DNA of 17,312 bases from an uncultured Burkholderiales bacterium (GTDB lineage Bacteria > Vulcanimicrobiota > Xenobia > Xenobiales > JADMJV01): assembly GCA_964423525.1 (NCBI GenBank), contig CAYRFU010000108.1:1-17312 (forward strand). The letters are read 5' to 3'. The position numbers and the translations under genes are program-made. Positions 14,632 to 17,312 of this stretch are shown here, one piece after another. The notes under the pieces were generated by a model. That model was not told the DNA's origin. It ran no database searches and saw nothing but the letters and a program-made list of their open reading frames with translations. Every line of letters starts with the position of its first letter. Position 1 is the stretch's first letter.

Positions 14632-16817
14632 AGCGAGACCTCCACCCCATCCGCCCCCAGGGCCAGACAGAGGCAGCTTCCTTCGAGGGAGGGATGCTCG
14701 ACTAGAAAGCGCGCCACCTGGGTCACCACTTCTTGTTCGATGAGTCGCTGGAGAGGACGGGCTCCGTAACGTCGGTCGTAACCTCGCTCAGCCAGAGAAT
14801 CGATCAACTCGGGGTGGGCCTCAACCGTCAGGCCTCGGCTGGCCAGGCCCTCTCGCTGGCTCAGGCGGGAGAGTTCTAGCCGGGCGATCTCCCGAACGAT
14901 GGGAGGCTCTAGGGGATTGAATTGAACCACCGAATCGAGTCGATTGAAGAACTCCGGGCGGAAAAAAGCTCGCACCTCTTGGTCGGGCGAGAGGTCCTGT
15001 CGGTTTTGACGCAAGCCTGGCGCCGTTCGGGGCGTTCCCAGGTTACTGGTCAGCAAGACCAGAGCGCTGCGAAAACTGGTGACCCGTCCCAGAGGATCGG
15101 AGAGGGTGGCCTGATCAAAAAGACTGAGTAAGACGTCAAAGATTTCGGGAGCGGCCTTCTCGATCTCGTCGAACAAAATCACCGAGAACGGCTCACTCCG
15201 AAGGCGCCGAATCAAAGGGCCAGGTCGCTGACTGTCTCCCACTAGCCGGAGGGCCGCCCCGGGGCCCTGATACTCGCCCATATCAAGCCGCAGCAGTCTG
15301 TTTTCGTCGCCAAAAAGGAAGCGGGCCAGGGAGCGGGCCAGCTCGGTCTTGCCAACTCCGGTAGGCCCGCTGAAGAGCAGCACCCCTAGAGGGCGGGTCG
15401 GGTCGTTCAGCCCGGCTTTGTAAGTCAAGATCGTCGAGGCGGCCAGATGACAGGCGTGAGACTGACCGAGAACCTCAGACTCCAACTGCTCTTGGACTTG
15501 GTCGTGGGTGAGAGTCAGGTCGTCGCGCAGAAAGATCGGTTGCACTCCGGTCTGATCAGAGAATTGGGTGACCACAGAGGAGGGGTCTACGGTCTGCTCC
15601 GATCGCTCGGCAAGCGTGCGAACGAATTCCACCGTCCGGCCGGGGAAGGCCGAGTAAGGATAGAATCTCTGATGGAGTTCGTAGGCTGTTTTCAAAGCTT
15701 CGGTGGTGAAACAAACCTGGGTCCGCCTCGACTCGGTTTCTGCGACCTGGGCTAGAACATTGAAAGCCTCTGAGGGGCTAAACTTCGGCAGGATATAAAT
15801 CTCAAAGAGGTCGAGAAGCCCTGGAGCGAGACGGCGACAAATGTCGAGTTCATCGGGCGTCGTCTCGGCCACCAGCTTCAGTTCCCCGCGTTCTAGGAAC
15901 TGCCGGAAGAAGGAGCCGAGGCTATAGTCGACGCCTCCGGTCCCGGTGGTCAAGAGAGCCAGCAAGTTCTCAATACAGAGAACTCCCTTCTCGCGGAATA
16001 GTTCCTCGACCATCTCCTCGCACCGTTCTTCCCACTGCCCGAGATAGCGCATGCCGGCAATAATGCGTCCGGCCGAGGTGGAATAGAGGGTCGTTCCAAG
16101 CTTACGGGTTTTTTTGGCCAGTGCTACCAACAGCGTGGTTTTGCCGCTTCCCCGCTCCCCGACCAGGAGAAGGTTGCTTTTCCGTTGGAGGAGGGCGGCC
16201 AGCAGTTTGTCGAGCTCGGCTTGGCGTCCGTAGGCCAGGCCAAGTTGCTTTTGCCAGAAAGGTCGGTGGAGCTGGTCGCTCACGATTTCGAGGGTGGTCT
16301 CGGCCAAATCCGTTCCTCTTCGTCGCGGGCGACGTCGCTTCTGCTTCAGATCTTTCAATTGAACTCTTTGGGGTGGGAAGGATTGGCGTAGAGCCCCGGG
16401 GGTCAAATGAGAGAGGCGGTCTCGAACGTAATGGCGGATCAGCCGGCGCAGAGCCCTTTGCTCTCGATAGAAGAACTGAAGGTCAAGAAAAGGGAGGCCG
16501 CATAAATGAAGGCCACATCGGTGGCGCCCCCGGACGGCCACCACTGGCACCGGAAGCTCAAACGCGTAGGGGTGAAGCTTACCTTCCTGTTCAAACTCAG
16601 GACGGACTTTTACCGTCAGTTCGAGAAGCTCGGGTTCGCTAAGGTGGGGTTCTTCAGGAGCGAGGTCTAGCTCCTGAAATTCGGCCAACTTCTGGCTGAG
16701 CTGGGTCAGGGCGGCCTTCTCGGTGAGGGCCACAGTCTTCAGACTGGGATTCTCCACCAGCAGCGCCACCGTTTGCCCTCCCACGGGCCAGGTTAGAACA
16801 GGAAAATTCTGACTCAC
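14625..16817 (-). CDS. ClpA/ClpB (Hsp100) family double-ring AAA+ ATPase with an unusual N-terminal region in place of the canonical Clp N domain, 730 aa.
   Basis: D1 Walker A is LLLVGERGSGKTT (plus-strand nt 16133-16168). The D1 pore-loop-like sequence is AGMRYLGQWEER. D2 Walker A is VLLFSGPTGVGKTELARSLA (nt 15338-15370). D2 Walker B is VILFDEIEKAAPEIFDVLL. Sensor-1 is LVLLTSNLG and the sensor-2/Arg region is FRPEFFNRLD ... GARPLQRLIE. Domain spacing is ClpA-like with no long ClpB M-domain. I saw no ClpP-docking IGF/LGF tripeptide. The start is GTG at 16817..16815. Confidence 0.85.
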   Translation of the reverse strand: MSQNFPVLTWPVGGQTVALLVENPSLKTVALTEKAALTQLSQKLAEFQELDLAPEEPHLSEPELLELTVKVRPEFEQEGKLHPYAFELPVPVVAVRGRHRCGLHLCGLPFLDLQFFYREQRALRRLIRHYVRDRLSHLTPGALRQSFPPQRVQLKDLKQKRRRPRRRGTDLAETTLEIVSDQLHRPFWQKQLGLAYGRQAELDKLLAALLQRKSNLLLVGERGSGKTTLLVALAKKTRKLGTTLYSTSAGRIIAGMRYLGQWEERCEEMVEELFREKGVLCIENLLALLTTGTGGVDYSLGSFFRQFLERGELKLVAETTPDELDICRRLAPGLLDLFEIYILPKFSPSEAFNVLAQVAETESRRTQVCFTTEALKTAYELHQRFYPYSAFPGRTVEFVRTLAERSEQTVDPSSVVTQFSDQTGVQPIFLRDDLTLTHDQVQEQLESEVLGQSHACHLAASTILTYKAGLNDPTRPLGVLLFSGPTGVGKTELARSLARFLFGDENRLLRLDMGEYQGPGAALRLVGDSQRPGPLIRRLRSEPFSVILFDEIEKAAPEIFDVLLSLFDQATLSDPLGRVTSFRSALVLLTSNLGTPRTAPGLRQNRQDLSPDQEVRAFFRPEFFNRLDSVVQFNPLEPPIVREIARLELSRLSQREGLASRGLTVEAHPELIDSLAERGYDRRYGARPLQRLIEQEVVTQVARFLVEHPSLEGSCLCLALGADGVEVSLC

Positions 16818-16927
16818 GAGACTTTCGTTCGATTTCGATGGCGCGTTCCATTTCCCTCACTGGGGCGGATAGGGAATTTTGAGATGGGCCTGAGAGAGGA
16901 CTGACTCCGCTCCATCTCGGATGGTAG
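16818..16927. promoter_or_regulatory. Divergent intergenic region between the Clp-like ATPase (-) and the CaCA exchanger (+).
   Basis: This ~110-bp non-coding gap is flanked by divergent starts (GTG 16817 on minus, GTG 16928 on plus). There is a weak SD-like ggatggtagg upstream of the exchanger start. No promoter hexamers are confidently assignable. Confidence 0.3.
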
Positions 16928-17312
16928 GTGGTGACTACCGTTCTGTTCTATACCCTGGTTGCTCTGCTTTCGACCGGCATTGTCTGGAAAGGAAGCGAGC
17001 TGCTGGAATCGTCCAGCGAGAAACTGTCGGCCTACTACGAGTTGCCGCCTATCGTCCAAGGGGCGGTTGTGGTGGCTGTGGGGTCGAGCTTTCCAGAGCT
17101 CTCGACTACAGTTCTCTCCACTGTGATTCACGGGAAATTCGAACTAGGGGTGGCAGCCATCGTTGGCTCGGCCATCTTCAACATTCTCGTGATACCAGCC
17201 TTGGCTGGAATCTATGGAGGTCGCCAGCTGGAGTCCAACCGGGATTTGGTCTACAAAGAGGCCCAGTTTTATATGATCGCCGTCTCCGTTCTGCTGCTGA
17301 CCTTCTCCTTCG
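16928..17312 (+). CDS. CaCA-family Na+/Ca2+ (cation/Ca2+) exchanger, YrbG-like. Only the N-terminal 128 aa are in the window; it is 3' partial.
   Basis: My translation from the GTG at 16928, immediately after an in-frame TAG at 16925-16927, reads VVTTVLFYTLVALLSTGIVWKGSELLESSSEKLSAYYELPPIVQGAVVVAVGSSFPELSTTVLSTVIHGKFELGVAAIVGSAIFNILVIPALAGIYGG... It contains the alpha-1 repeat signature G-S-S-F-P-E-L and the typical TM1 ... SSEKL/ELP start of YrbG-like exchangers. It is not in the ORF track because it runs off the window end. Confidence 0.8.
   Translation, partial: MVTTVLFYTLVALLSTGIVWKGSELLESSSEKLSAYYELPPIVQGAVVVAVGSSFPELSTTVLSTVIHGKFELGVAAIVGSAIFNILVIPALAGIYGGRQLESNRDLVYKEAQFYMIAVSVLLLTFSF

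Noticed and set aside
16318-16336. Near-palindrome cgtcgcgggcgacg as a possible terminator or regulatory hairpin.
   Set aside because: It lies inside the Clp-like coding sequence and simply encodes the RRRPRRR patch. There is no following T-tract.
16814-17131. 105-aa minus-strand ORF spanning the Clp/CaCA intergenic region and the exchanger start.
   Set aside because: It overlaps the well-supported CaCA N-terminus on the opposite strand. Its translation is low-complexity (MNHSGENCSRELWKARPHSHHNRPLDDRRQ...), and the true Clp-like start at 16817 already accounts for the minus strand here.
1-17312. Search for a CRISPR array, IS/transposase, integrase, tRNA or rRNA.
   Set aside because: I saw no short regularly spaced direct repeats, no inverted terminal repeats, no recombinase motifs in any ORF, and no tRNA-like cloverleaf-sized non-coding gaps. 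Every gap is 110 bp or shorter.

Overview
The window is densely coding, GC-rich bacterial chromosomal DNA (roughly 60% GC by eye). It contains ten protein-coding genes separated by only four short intergenic gaps (18, 63, about 79 and about 110 bp). I found no tRNA or rRNA, no CRISPR array and no IS or transposon ends. All computed plus-strand ORFs between 1 and 11500 are antisense shadows of long minus-strand genes.

Gene order, left to right:
1. 1..4989 (-): a giant AAA+ ATPase of at least 1663 aa whose C-terminus runs off the window. It is absent from the ORF track because no stop codon falls inside the window.
2. 4993..7152 (-): a flotillin-type SPFH (band-7) protein.
3. 7164..7811 (-): an NfeD/YqiJ-like membrane protein.
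4. 7811..8824 (-): a two-transmembrane ion channel with an RCK/TrkA-N regulatory domain and a non-canonical pore filter.
5. 8843..11503 (-): an MMPL/RND-superfamily transporter.
6. 11567..12751 (-): a cytochrome P450.
7. 12831..13670 (+): a class I SAM-dependent methyltransferase.
8. 13657..14631 (-): an unknown protein.
9. 14625..16817 (-): a ClpA/ClpB-like double-AAA+ ATPase with a non-Clp N-terminus.
10. 16928..17312 (+): a CaCA-family Na+/Ca2+ exchanger, 3' partial.

The most interesting candidate system is the tightly coupled module channel, NfeD, flotillin, giant AAA+ ATPase. The junctions are a 1-nt stop/start overlap, a 4-nt or 11-nt junction, and a 3-nt spacer. This could be an SPFH-scaffolded AAA+ machine, by analogy with HflK/C-FtsH and prohibitin/m-AAA.

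A second candidate is the Clp-like ATPase translationally coupled (7-nt overlap) to an unknown 324-aa protein. This ATPase has a degenerate D1 Walker B motif and no aromatic residue in its D2 pore loop.

All family assignments come from motifs I read directly in my own translations. I ran no database searches.
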